A DNA stretch of 64,000 bases from Octopus sinensis (Eukaryota), in the NCBI RefSeq assembly GCF_006345805.1, contig NC_043005.1:77562001-77626000 (forward strand). Direction: 5' to 3'. This document shows, piece by piece, positions 53,058 to 64,000 of the stretch. The notes under the pieces were generated by a model, which was not told the DNA's origin, did no database searches, and worked only from the letters and a program-made list of their open reading frames with translations. Each line of letters begins with the position of its first letter. Position 1 is the first letter of the stretch. Both the position numbers and the translations under genes were made by a program.

Positions 53058-53289
53058 CGATAACGATGACGATGACGAAAATGATGATGATGATGATGAT
53101 CACAATGATGATGATGATGATGATGATGATGATCAAGACGACGAAGACGATGGTGATGACGACGATGATAATGATGATCACGATCGATGATGATGATCAA
53201 GACGACGAAGACAATGATGATGATGACAATGACGATGATGATGATGATGATTATTATTATCATTATTATTTTTATTATCATTATTATTA

Positions 53290-53326
<37 letters not shown>

Positions 53327-53390
53327 GGTGATGATTCTGATGATGATGGTGAGATGATGATGATGATGATGATGGTGACGACGATGGTGA
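52787..53390. repeat. (GAT)n/(TAT)n trinucleotide array
   Basis: Direct; explains ORF 52520-53443. Confidence 0.95.
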
Positions 53391-53769
53391 TTTCATACTT
53401 GTGTCATACCTCAAATGAAGGAAATGGTCTTGGTAGGATTTGAATTCGCATCAAAAAGGGCTGTAAGTAGAGCGGAGCATCACAACGACTCGTTCGTATC
53501 ATCGAGTCAACAACAGACCCTCTATATAGTCATTCGATCCGTTAGATATAGCAGTTAAATTTTCCTCATATCGTATCTTGTTGCCAATTCAAAAAATAAT
53601 TAAAGTAACAAAAAATTTTAAATACTGCAGACACATTTGAGGCGTTGCTCTGTGCTTGCAGCCACGTGATTTCAGGTTCAGTCCCACTGTGTGGCACCCT
53701 AGCCCAGCCCTTGATCGACCGATACCTTGTTAGTAAATTTGGTTGGTAGAAACTGTGTGAAATCCCTAT

Positions 53770-54290
53770 CATACATACATACACACATACACGCACGCAC
53801 GCACATATGTGCATACACACACATACATACACACACATACATACACACATACACACACACATACATCCATGCATACAACATACATACATACATACATACA
53901 TACATACATACATACAATCACACATACATACATGCATGCATACATACATACAAACACACACATATATACACATATACATACATACACACACATACATACA
54001 TATACACAAATACATACATACACACACATACACATACATGCACACACATACACATACATACATACACATACAGACACATACATACACACAAATACATACA
54101 TACATACGCACACATACATACATGCACACACACATACTTATACATACATACATACATACATACATACATACATACACACACTCAGACATACACACACATA
54201 CGCACACACATACATACATACATACATACATACATACATACATACATACATACATACATACATACATACATACATACGTACGTACGTACA
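53770..54290. repeat. (CATA)n/(CA)n array
   Basis: Direct. Confidence 0.95.
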
Positions 54291-54292
54291 AA

Positions 54293-54605
54293 TTTACACA
54301 AAAACCTAGAAGTGCCAGGTCTTTCGAAGAGAGATCAAAAGAAAGAGGCTCGGACTCTCCAATTCCAATTGATAAGTGGCACATTGAAGATCTGGAAGAC
54401 ATTCCAAAGATTCTCCATCTAAGATTCCTTTGATGAATAGATGCACTCACTTGGCCATGTGCATCGACACCTCCACTAACACGCCAACTCAACAACATAT
54501 CTACAAACGTCGTGAAGTCTCTCAACTGGAAAAGTCTTGTGGCTTTGTTAGCGACCGGCTTGGACTCTCTTAAGAGCTTAAATAAAACTCAAAGAGAAAT
54601 CATAC
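54293..54605 (+). pseudogene. R4/Dong-type element 3' end (stop at 54422) plus UTR
   Basis: GLSKRDQKKEARTLQFQLISGTLKIWKTFQRFSI* is homologous to 30440-30545. Confidence 0.7.
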
Positions 54606-54608
54606 ACA

Positions 54609-55020
54609 GGCGTAGGAGTGGCCGTGTGGTCAGAAGCTGGCTTCCCAATCACATGGCTCCGGGTTCAGTCCCACTGTGTAGCACCTTGTGCAAGTGTCTT
54701 CTACTATAGCCTCGGGCTGACCAAATCCCTGTGAGTGGATTTGGTAGACGGAGACTGAAAGAAGCCCTTCATATATACATATATATATGTGTTTGTGTGT
54801 GTGTGTGTTATTTGTATCTGTGTTTGTTTCCCCACAATCGCTTGACAACCGATGTTGGTGTGTATACGTCCCCGTGATTTAGCAGTTCGGCAAAAAAGGG
54901 CGATAGAATAAGTACTTGGCTTACAAAGCCTGCGGGTCGATTTATTCGACAAAGATGGTGCTCCAGCATGGCCGCAGTCAAATGACTAAATCAAGTAAAA
55001 GAATAAAAGAATAAAGAATA
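54609..55020 (+). mobile_element. SINE family A
   Basis: Near-consensus copy. Confidence 0.88.
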
Positions 55021-56039
55021 TACGTGTATGTGTCTGAGAGAGAGAGAAGCAGACAGACAGAGACAGACAGACAGACAGACAAAGAAGAAGGGAAGCAATT
55101 ATGTGCCTTTGTTTTTTTAGGTTTGTCACCGACCACTATTTGACAACCGGGGTTGATTTGTTTACGTTCCTGTATGTTGGTTATTCAGCAAGAGATGCCG
55201 ATTGAATAAGTACCGGATTGTTTTGGGTTTTTTTTAATATGTACTGGGGTCGATTAGTTCGCCTAAATTCTTCAAGGCGGTGTCCCTGTATGGTCGCAGT
55301 CCAATGACTGAAGCAAGTAAGCGATAAAGCATCAAAGACACACTGTATTCACAAGAAAACTGATGATCATAACTGGAACTCATTTGGTCTTAAGTCTATT
55401 CAGCCGCACTAACCGAGGGTTAAATAATAACAACAACAGCAATCACTCACTGTCGTTTCTACAACTATAAAGTCATTGGACTGTGGCCATGCTTAGTTTA
55501 AAGTCTGGTAATGATTCTATTTTTTTGTTTTGGCGAATCGCTAAGTTGTGGGGATATGAACAAACCAACACTGGTTGTCAAACAGGTGGGGAGACAACCA
55601 CAGGCACACATACAACGGCCCCAGAAGACACCAACGTATTTCCTTATTTTTTACTTTCTCTAACCACGCCTCCAAAAATTTCTCATATGTACTTTGTTTA
55701 AAAATTCACCACATGCACACACACACGTACATATACACAAACACACACACATACACAGATTCAAAATGACACAACATATCTTAAATAACCACTCCCAAAT
55801 ACCTTTTTCCAAAACTCAAGAAAGCAAATTGAACTCTAGTCTTTTTTTTTTCATGTAACTCACGTATATATAAATGGGATCAATTTTCAACATTGCGAAT
55901 CCCTAAAGGAGATGAAAGCGCTCAATAAATAGTATTTATCCATGTCCTGACTATTTCTTTTTATTAATATTTAAAATCAATTTGTACACCACTACGATAA
56001 ATATATATACATATATATATTGTGTGTGTGTATATATAC

Positions 56040-56404
56040 CACGTGGTTCCAAGTTCAGTCCCACTGCGTGGCACCTTGGGCAAGTGTCTTCTACTATAGC
56101 GTCGGGCCTACCAAAGCCTTGTGAGTGGATGTGGTAGACGGAAACTGAAAGAAGCCCGTCGTATACATGTGTGTGTGTTGTGTGTGCGTGTGTGTGTGTG
56201 CATGTTTTGTGTGTGTGTGTGTGTCCCAACATCGCTTGACATCGATGCTGGTGTCTTTACGTCCCCGTAACTTAGTCGTTCGGCATGAGAGACCGATAGA
56301 ATAAGTACTACGCTTACAAATAATAAGTCCTGGGGTCAATTTGCTCGACTAAAGGTGCTGCTCCAGCATGGCCGCAGTCAAAATGACTGAAACGCATAAA
56401 AGAA
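56040..56404 (+). mobile_element. SINE family A, 5'-truncated
   Basis: Near-consensus copy. Confidence 0.88.
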
Positions 56405-56416
56405 TATGCGCGCGCG

Positions 56417-56464
<48 letters not shown>

Positions 56465-56857
56465 TGTGTGTGTAAGTCGTCAAAGAGTCCATAAGTCAGG
56501 AAAAACCTGCATTCGTATATCTGTCAATAGAGTGGGTATATTATCTGAAGTGTACGGGATTATATATTCATTACGAGACGCGATCGCGTAACTAAGTCAG
56601 TTTCGCCGCATAGGGACTGTTCAATAGCGCGTTAGGTACAACAATCATTGTCCTGACAATCGTTGCCTTGCACCGAGGTAAACCGAGGTAACACTTCGGA
56701 TAATGGTGTGTGTGTGTATGTGCGATCATATGTGTCCTTGGCGAATATCATTCTTTCGTCTACCAGATTCACTCACATATTATTCAGCCCGGAGTTTGGC
56801 TTCTGAAAATGAGCGGCAGGCTCTTCACCAAAATCGTTAGTATTAATATGTATATGT

Positions 56858-57049
56858 GGCGTGTGGCTGTGTGGTAAGTAGCTTGCTTACCAACCGCATG
56901 GTTCCGGAGTTCAGTCCCACTGCGTGGCACCTTGGGTAAGTGTCTTCTACTATAGCATCGGGCCGACCAAAGCTTTGTGAGTGGATTTGGTAGACGGAAA
57001 CTGAAAGAAGCCCGTCGTATATATGTATATATATATATGTGTTTGTGTA

Positions 57050-57119
<70 letters not shown>

Positions 57120-57333
57120 TGTTTGTGTGTCTGTGTTTGTCCCCCCAACATCGCTTGAGATTCGATGCTGGTGTGTTTGCGTCCCCGTAACTTAGCGGTT
57201 CGGCAAAAGAGACCGATAGAATAAGTACTAGGCTTCCAAAGAATATGTCCTGGGGTCGATTTGCTCGACTAAACGCGGTACTCCAGCATGGCCGCAGTCA
57301 AATGACTGAAACAAGTAAAAGAGTAAAAGAGTA
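56858..57333 (+). mobile_element. SINE family A
   Basis: Near-consensus copy. Confidence 0.92.
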
Positions 57334-57527
57334 GATAATTAAATAATTAATTAATTACATAAATAAATAAATAAATAAAGCAATCATCTCAGCAATCATG
57401 TACAAACTGCGGCCCGCAGGAAATTTTGAAAGCCACGACACACCTAACAAAAAAAAAAATAACCCTCAGTTTTCTTAGTAGTGCAGCTCGCCAGATGATG
57501 AGGTATGACATATCAAGCCCGCATATC

Positions 57528-57783
57528 AAGGCGGCGAGCTGGCAGAAAGGCGGCGAGCTGGCAGAAAGGCGGCGAGCTGGCAGAATCGTTAGCACGCCGA
57601 GCGAAATGCGTAGCCGTATTTCGTCTGCTGTTACGTTCTGAGTTCAAATTCCGCCGAGGTCGACTTTGCCTTTCATCCTTTCGGGGTCGATAAATTAAGT
57701 ACCAGTTACGCCCTGGGGGCGATGTAATCGACTTAATCCGTTTGTCCCCTCTGTGTTTAGTCCCTTGTGGGCAGTAGTGAAGT
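57528..57783 (+). mobile_element. SINE B with a triplicated 5' end and a 15-bp TSD
   Basis: TSD acatatcaagcccgc at 57508-57522 and 57784-57798. Confidence 0.9.
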
Positions 57784-58119
57784 ACATATCAAGCCCGCTT
57801 CTCGAGAAAGGTTACTAACGCCTGATAACGAAGCTTTACGGAAAGTCGGGAATCGTTCATTAATCAAAGGGAAATAACTCCAACAGAAAATTTAACATTT
57901 GCATTCTGCTGCGTAAATAAATGAATTGGATAAAAATTCGGGATGTTTTAGAAAGAGAGTCCGCTTTAAAGAGATAAATATTTAGAAAGATTATATTTAG
58001 TTGCATTGTGTTAAGGTTTTTCGGAAGAAGAAGAAGAGTAAAGGAAATGTAATTATAAAGAAATTATGATAGTTGGAGATGTGATGTATTTATAGTTTTG
58101 TATTATTTCTGTAAAACCG

Positions 58120-58127
58120 GTGTGTTC

Positions 58128-58171
<44 letters not shown>

Positions 58172-58382
58172 GAGACAGACAGACACACACACACAGACAG
58201 ACAGATAGAGAGTGAGTGTGTGTGTATGCTCGTGTGTGTGAGTGAGAGAGAGACAGACACACACACACACACACTGGGAGTGAGTGTGTGTGTGTGTATG
58301 CTCGTGTGTGTGTGAGAGAGAGAGAGAGACACACACACACAGATAGAGAGTGAGTGTGTGTGTATGCTCGTCTGTGTGTGTA

Positions 58383-58447
<65 letters not shown>

Positions 58448-59072
58448 TAGAGAGTGTGTGTGTGCGTATGCTCGTGTGTGTGTGTGTATGCTCGTGTGTG
58501 TGTGTGAGAGAGAGAGAGAGACAGACAGACACACACACACACACACACACAGATAGAGAGTGAGTGTGTATGCTCGTCTGTGTGTGTAAGAGAGAGAGAG
58601 AGACAGACAGACAGACACACACACACACAGACAGATAGAGAGTGGGTGTGTGTGTACGTGTCTGTGTGTGAGAGAGAGAGAAAGAGAGAGATAGAAGGAC
58701 AGACAGTGAATGAGTGTATGTGTGCTTGTCTGTGTGAGAGAGAGAAAGAGAGACAGACAGACAGACAGAGTGAGTGTGTGCGTGTGTATATGTTGCGTGT
58801 CTGTGTGTGTGTGTGTGAGAGACAGAGAGAGAAACAGGCAGACAGACAGACAGAAAATGTGTGTGCGCGTATGAGTGTGTGTGAGTGAGTGTGTGTATGT
58901 TGCATGTACGTGTGTGTGTGAGAAAGACAGACAGACAGAAAGAAAGAAAGAGTGTGTGTGTGTGTGCGTGTGTGAGTGTATGCCGTGTGTATGTGAGAGA
59001 GAGAGAGAGAGACAGAGAGAGTATGCGTGTGTGTGAGAGAGAGAAAGGGTGTGTGTGTGTGCGTTTGTGTGT
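58120..59072. repeat. Higher-order compound (GT)/(GA)/(GACA)/(CA) satellite
   Basis: Recurring spacers gtatgctcgt and cagatagagagtg. Confidence 0.9.
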
Positions 59073-59073
59073 A

Positions 59074-59480
59074 GGTCCAGATGTAGTTGTGTGGATGAAA
59101 AGTTTGCTTCCCAACCACATGGTTCTGGGTTCAATCCCCTTGTGGAAAACCTTGCGAGCGGATTTTGTAGACGGAAACTAAAAGAAGCTCGTCGTGTGTA
59201 TATATGGCCCCCGCCTGGTCGCGGTCCAGTGACTGAAACTAGTAAAGATGAAAATAAAAAAACCCAATATGTATGTGTGTGTGTGACTACACTGCTTGAT
59301 AATTGGTGATGGTTTGGTTACGTCCCAGTAACAAAGTAGTTCGGCAAAAGAAACTGATAGAACAAGTACCAGACTTTAAAAAAACATAAGTCCTGAAGTC
59401 GATTTGTTCGACTGAAACCCTTCAAGATATTGCCCCAGCATGGCCGCAGTCGAATGAATGAAACAAGTCAAAGATAAAAG
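59074..59480 (+). mobile_element. SINE family A (diverged)
   Basis: Similarity to the A consensus. Confidence 0.7.
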
Positions 59481-60059
59481 ATACCTTTAAAGATAGTTTT
59501 AAAATTTAGAAAAAAAAAAACGAAAAAGAACTGTTTGATTATATTGTTTTATTAAACGTATTATTATTCGACTTTGTATTTATTTCTTTTTTTATCTTTT
59601 ACTTGCTTCAATCATTGGACTGCAGCCATACTGGAAAAACCACATTGAAGTATTTGAGGTAAACAAATCGAGCGCAGAACCGTCTGTTTTTTTTAAAGTC
59701 AGTTTCCCTTTTCCCGAACTGCAAGTGACAAACACAAACGCAAACATACATACGCACACGTGTGTGTGTGTATAAACATTATTATTTCTAAATATCTCAA
59801 AGGAAGACATTCAGTTACAGTTCTTTAAAGTAAAGGCTATTCGCCAACATAATGTGGCAGTTCTGGATGGGACAAATGTTATTGCCGTTTGGCCCCAGGA
59901 AACGTCGTTTCCAGCTGGCTATATGACACAATACTTGTGTCGAAAATATAAGGACACAGATATTGTGTCGTACAGCCAGATGGAAACGCCGTTTCCTGGG
60001 GCTAAACAACAATAACATTCGTCCCATCCACGACTGCCAAATTATGTTGGCAAATAGTC

Positions 60060-60102
<43 letters not shown>

Positions 60103-60112
60103 TGTTTGTGTA

Positions 60113-60260
60113 ATATAATATGTGACAATTATTCGATTGCCATAATAAAACTCCGAATTTCGGATGTCGGGGTGGAAATCTGCTCCGGCATCTCGTCAGT
60201 ATCGAGGCAATCAAAAAATGCATTTTTTGATTGCCGTGATAACTGACGAGATGCCGGAGG
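60113..60260 (-). ncRNA. Hammerhead motif (minus strand, ~60144-60203) in a foldback related to 46600-46750
   Basis: Minus strand gata-CTGACGA-gatg...catcc-GAAA-ttcggag-TT-ttat; truncated mirror gataaCTGACGAgatgccgg at 60238. Confidence 0.6.
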
Positions 60261-60310
60261 TCTCGTTATTCTTTTGTTGTCATACCATTAATATAATTTA
60301 CATACATACA

Positions 60311-60399
<89 letters not shown>

Positions 60400-60402
<3 letters not shown>

Positions 60403-60882
60403 AAAAAAGCGTTTGGAAAAACGCCACTATATTAGATAAATTTTAATTTTCTTATGAATTTTACATGTTTCGGTTCTTGAAAAAACGAACCTTATCAAAA
60501 ATATAAAAAGTGCAATAGAAAAGTTCATAGTTGTATCAGTAGTGCTGCCACCATTCCATTGGAACACAAGGACGGTTCCTTTTGATACCAGCAAGAAAGA
60601 ATAATGAACTTCTTTACTACACGCAACTATAATATAGCGATTATACCAACTACCGACAAAACACCACCACATGGATTCTATTGAGACCAGTAAGAAACAA
60701 CTATGAACTTTTCTATTGCACTTTTTATAATATTTTTGATAAGGTTCGTTTTTTCAAGAACCGAAACATGTAAAATTCATAAATTCTCTATCCTAAAACA
60801 TTATATCAGGTCTGTTTATTGAGGTCGTCATTGAAGTCTTCATTGGGACATTCCACCAGTTCCTTTTTTTATGAGTGGGCTT
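60400..60882. mobile_element. Foldback element (arms 60452-60534/60697-60782) between (TA)n arrays
   Basis: Inverted repeat read directly. Confidence 0.82.
60732..60776 (+). ncRNA. Type I minimal hammerhead motif with a U3-A8 core variant
   Basis: attt-TTGATAA(60736-42)-ggttc..gaacc-GAAA(60763-66)-catg-TA-aaat; identical mirror on minus strand at ~60458-60502. Confidence 0.68.
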
Positions 60883-60943
60883 TATTATATATATATATAT
60901 ATTTTATATATATATATATATTATATATATATATATATATATA

Positions 60944-61105
60944 GGCGCAGGAGTGGCCGTGTGGTAAGTAGCTTGCTTGCCAACAACATGGTCTGGATTC
61001 AGTCCCACGGCGTGGCACCTTGGGCAAGTGTCTTCTGCTATTAGACTTGGACCAACCAAAGCCTCATGAGTGGATTTAGCAGACGGAAACTGAAAGAAGC
61101 CCGTC

Positions 61106-61153
<48 letters not shown>

Positions 61154-61373
61154 TATATATATATATGTTTGTGTGTCTGGTTTGTCTCCCCACATCGCTT
61201 GACAACCGATGCTGGTTGTGTTTACGTCCCCGTAACTTAGCGATTCGGCAAAATTGACTGATAGAATAAGTACTAGGCTTACAAAGAATAAGTACTGGGC
61301 TCGATTTGCTCGACTAAAAGGCGGAGCTCCAGCATGGCCGTAGTCAAATAACTGAAACAAGTAAAGAAAAAAA
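60944..61373 (+). mobile_element. SINE family A
   Basis: Near-consensus copy. Confidence 0.9.
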
Positions 61374-61395
61374 ACATATACACACACACACATAT

Positions 61396-61454
<59 letters not shown>

Positions 61455-61484
61455 TACATACATACATACACACGTATATATGTA

Positions 61485-61661
61485 TGCATGTCATCGTTCA
61501 GTTTTATTACAAGATTTCTTACCAATAGAGACAGAGCCGGTTTCTAACCTAGATCCAAGGCTCCTTCATTGAAATCAATAGTGTATATTTGTATTATGTC
61601 AGTGGATCTGCAGATTGGGGTCAGTGCATGTGCAGATAGTTTTCAGGAAGTATTTTCATGC

Positions 61662-61662
<1 letters not shown>
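61485..61662 (-). mobile_element. 3' UTR of an R4/Dong-type element
   Basis: Minus strand gagccttggatctaggttagaaaccggct resembles aagccttgtatctttgttggaaaccgg at ~30575; runs into catacata. Confidence 0.55.
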
Positions 61663-61694
<32 letters not shown>

Positions 61695-62398
61695 TGTATG
61701 TATGTATGTATGTATGTATGTATGTTGTACGTATGTATTTATGTATGTATGTAAGTATGTATGTATGTATGTATGTATGTATGTACGTACGTATGTATGT
61801 ACTTATGTATGTATATATGTATGTATGTTATGTATGATGGATGTATGTATGTATGTATGTGGTATATTGTACGTATGTACGTATGTATGTATGTATGTGT
61901 ATGTATGTATGTATGTATGTATGTATGTATGTATTATGTATGTATGTATGTACGTACGTATATATGTACTTATGTATGTATATATATGTAAGTATGTATG
62001 TATGTATTTATGTATGTATGTATGTATGTATGTTTGTATTATGTATGTATGTATGTATGTATGTATGTATGTATGTATGTACGTACGTATGTATGTACCT
62101 ATGTATGTATGTATGTATGTATGTATGTATGGATGGATGGATGGATGGATGGATGTACGTACGTATGTATGTATGTATGTACGTATGTATGTATGTATGT
62201 ATGTATTATGTATGTATGTATATTTGTATGTATGTATGTATGTATGTATGTATGTATGTTTGTATTATGTATGTATGTATGTATGTATGTATGTATGTTT
62301 GTATGTATGTATGTATGTATGTATGTATGTATGTATGTATGTATGTACGTATGTATGTATGTATGTTTGTATGTATGTATGTATGTATGTATGTATTT
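61663..62398. repeat. (TATG)n microsatellite
   Basis: Direct. Confidence 0.96.
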
Positions 62399-62437
62399 TT
62401 GCATGTATTTGTGTATATGTGCAATATATGAAGTCAG

Positions 62438-62657
62438 AAGGGCGGCGAGCTGGCAGAAACGTTAGCACGCCGGGCGAAATGCTTAGCGGTATTTCGTCTG
62501 CCGTTACATTCTGAGTTCAAATTCCGCTGAGGTCGACTTTGCCTTTCATCCTTTCGGGGTAGATAAATTAAGTACCAATTACGCACTGGGGCCGATGTAA
62601 TCGACTTAATCCCTTTGTCTGTCCTTTCTCGTCCCCTCTGAGTTTAGCCCCCTGTTG
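62438..62657 (+). mobile_element. SINE family B
   Basis: Near-consensus copy. Confidence 0.9.
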
Positions 62658-62745
62658 GAGTCACAGCATGTGAAGATTTCTTTGTTTTGTATTATGTATA
62701 TATTCTCAGTCATATACTTGCACATCTAAATGTGCCCATATATAC

Positions 62746-62856
62746 TTAAACGATAAACATCTGGAATGTTTTGCAGATTTTTACAGTTCCAGTGATGGCT
62801 CGGATCTGTAAGTCTTCGAATTTTTTCCTATCTGGTTTTGAGAAGCCTAATTTCTG
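62746..62856 (-). pseudogene. R4/Dong-type ORF C-terminus
   Basis: [36 protein letters not shown]. Confidence 0.72.
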
Positions 62857-62920
62857 TCTATGCATGTATATAGTGTATCTAGATATAAGCAAAAAGTGTG
62901 TGTGTGTCATTATATTGATT

Positions 62921-62923
62921 GAC

Positions 62924-62958
<35 letters not shown>

Positions 62959-62979
62959 CAGATAGACAGACAGACAGAC

Positions 62980-63055
<76 letters not shown>
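62921..63055. repeat. (GATA)n/(GACA)n microsatellite
   Basis: Direct. Confidence 0.95.
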
Positions 63056-63422
63056 TACTCGGTCGGTTACGACGACGAGGGTTCCAGTTGATCCGATCAA
63101 CGGAACAGCCATCTCGTGAAATTAACGTGCAAGTGGCTGAGCACTCCACAGACACGTGTACCCTTAACGTAGTTCTCGAGAAGATTCAGCGTGACACAGA
63201 GTGTGACAAGACTGGCCCTATGAGATACATGTACAACAAAAACAGGAAGAAAGAATGAAAGAAAGTCGTGGTGAAAGAATACAGCAGAGTTCTCCACCAT
63301 CCCCTACCGGAGCCTCATGGAGCTTTAGGAGTTTTCGCTCACAACGCCCGGTCTGGGAATCGAAACCGCGATCCTACGACAGCGACTCCGTTGTGCTAGC
63401 CACTGGGCCATTGTGCGCCTCC
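63056..63422 (-). mobile_element. tRNA-headed SINE family D
   Basis: Head ggaggcgcacaatggcccagtgg...gtttcgattcc; tail shared with 41050-41215. Confidence 0.85.
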
Positions 63423-64000
63423 ACATATATACATATATACGTGTATATATGTGTGTGTGTGTGTGTTTGTGTGTGTGTGTATATGTATGTGTGTGTATAT
63501 ATCTGTGTATACATATAAATGTATACACATGTATGTATACACACACACACACACACACACCACAATAGATTTATCTTAAAATTGTTGGGTTAAGCGGTAC
63601 GCTAATTTTATATAGTTAAACAGCATTTGTTTGTTTGCAAATGTTCACAAACTAAAGGTTTGAACAAGACAATAACTTACCGAGAAAAAAGTAATAATTC
63701 TCAATCACATCATCCATTAAAAGTAACGATTGACTAAACACGTGTTTAAGCAGTAGTGTTGCTCATTTGAATGTGTTTTGGGATGTCAGTGATAACTCAT
63801 AGAATCGTGAAATATAAGTTCTTGTGTAATAACGGGTAATGCTAACGTGAACTTTTGCCAAAATAAAAAGAATGAAAATCGATATACGTGATCGATAATT
63901 CGGTGGAATTGAGATACGGCAATTTGATATCTCGTTCAGAATCAACGTGTCTTGTTTTAAGACAAGCTAAAATGAGAATAGAAAAGATCTGTCAGCTGAT

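Noticed and set aside
52520-53443. 307-aa ORF with poly-D, poly-M and poly-Y
   Set aside because: It is a translation of a diverged SINE head plus (GAT)n/(TAT)n; no domain.
58053-59134. Three overlapping 340-355-aa ORFs
   Set aside because: Stop-free dinucleotide repeats.
61615-62514. MYVC-repeat ORFs (also 53566-54525, 35525-36184 and 13176-13855)
   Set aside because: Microsatellite translations.

Overview
This is AT-rich, repeat-saturated eukaryotic DNA with no host protein-coding exon that I can support. The SINE repertoire and the extreme density of (TA)n/(CA)n/(TAGA)n/(CATA)n suggest an octopod cephalopod genome (inference). Nearly all listed ORFs are microsatellite or SINE artefacts. 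Real coding remnants are all transposon-derived: a near full-length degenerate mariner (10054-11286), another mariner fragment and MITEs, Penelope-like GIY-YIG fragments (33882-34454 and ~27815-27930), HERO-type and R4/Dong-type RLE retrotransposon ends, and RTE fragments. A non-autonomous Helitron and about 40 copies of four tRNA-headed SINE families are also present. The most interesting signal is a set of sequence-diverse foldback (palindromic) elements, mostly embedded in (TA)n arrays, that carry type I minimal hammerhead ribozyme motifs, often one on each strand (6.2, 33.3, 46.6, 60.1 and 60.4-60.8 kb), plus solo motifs at 1.76 and 11.8 kb. One family carries a compensatory U3-A8 core in place of C3-G8. 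These look like Penelope pLTR-derived, retrozyme-like elements. Cleavage activity and novelty cannot be shown from the sequence alone. All alignments and folds were done by eye.
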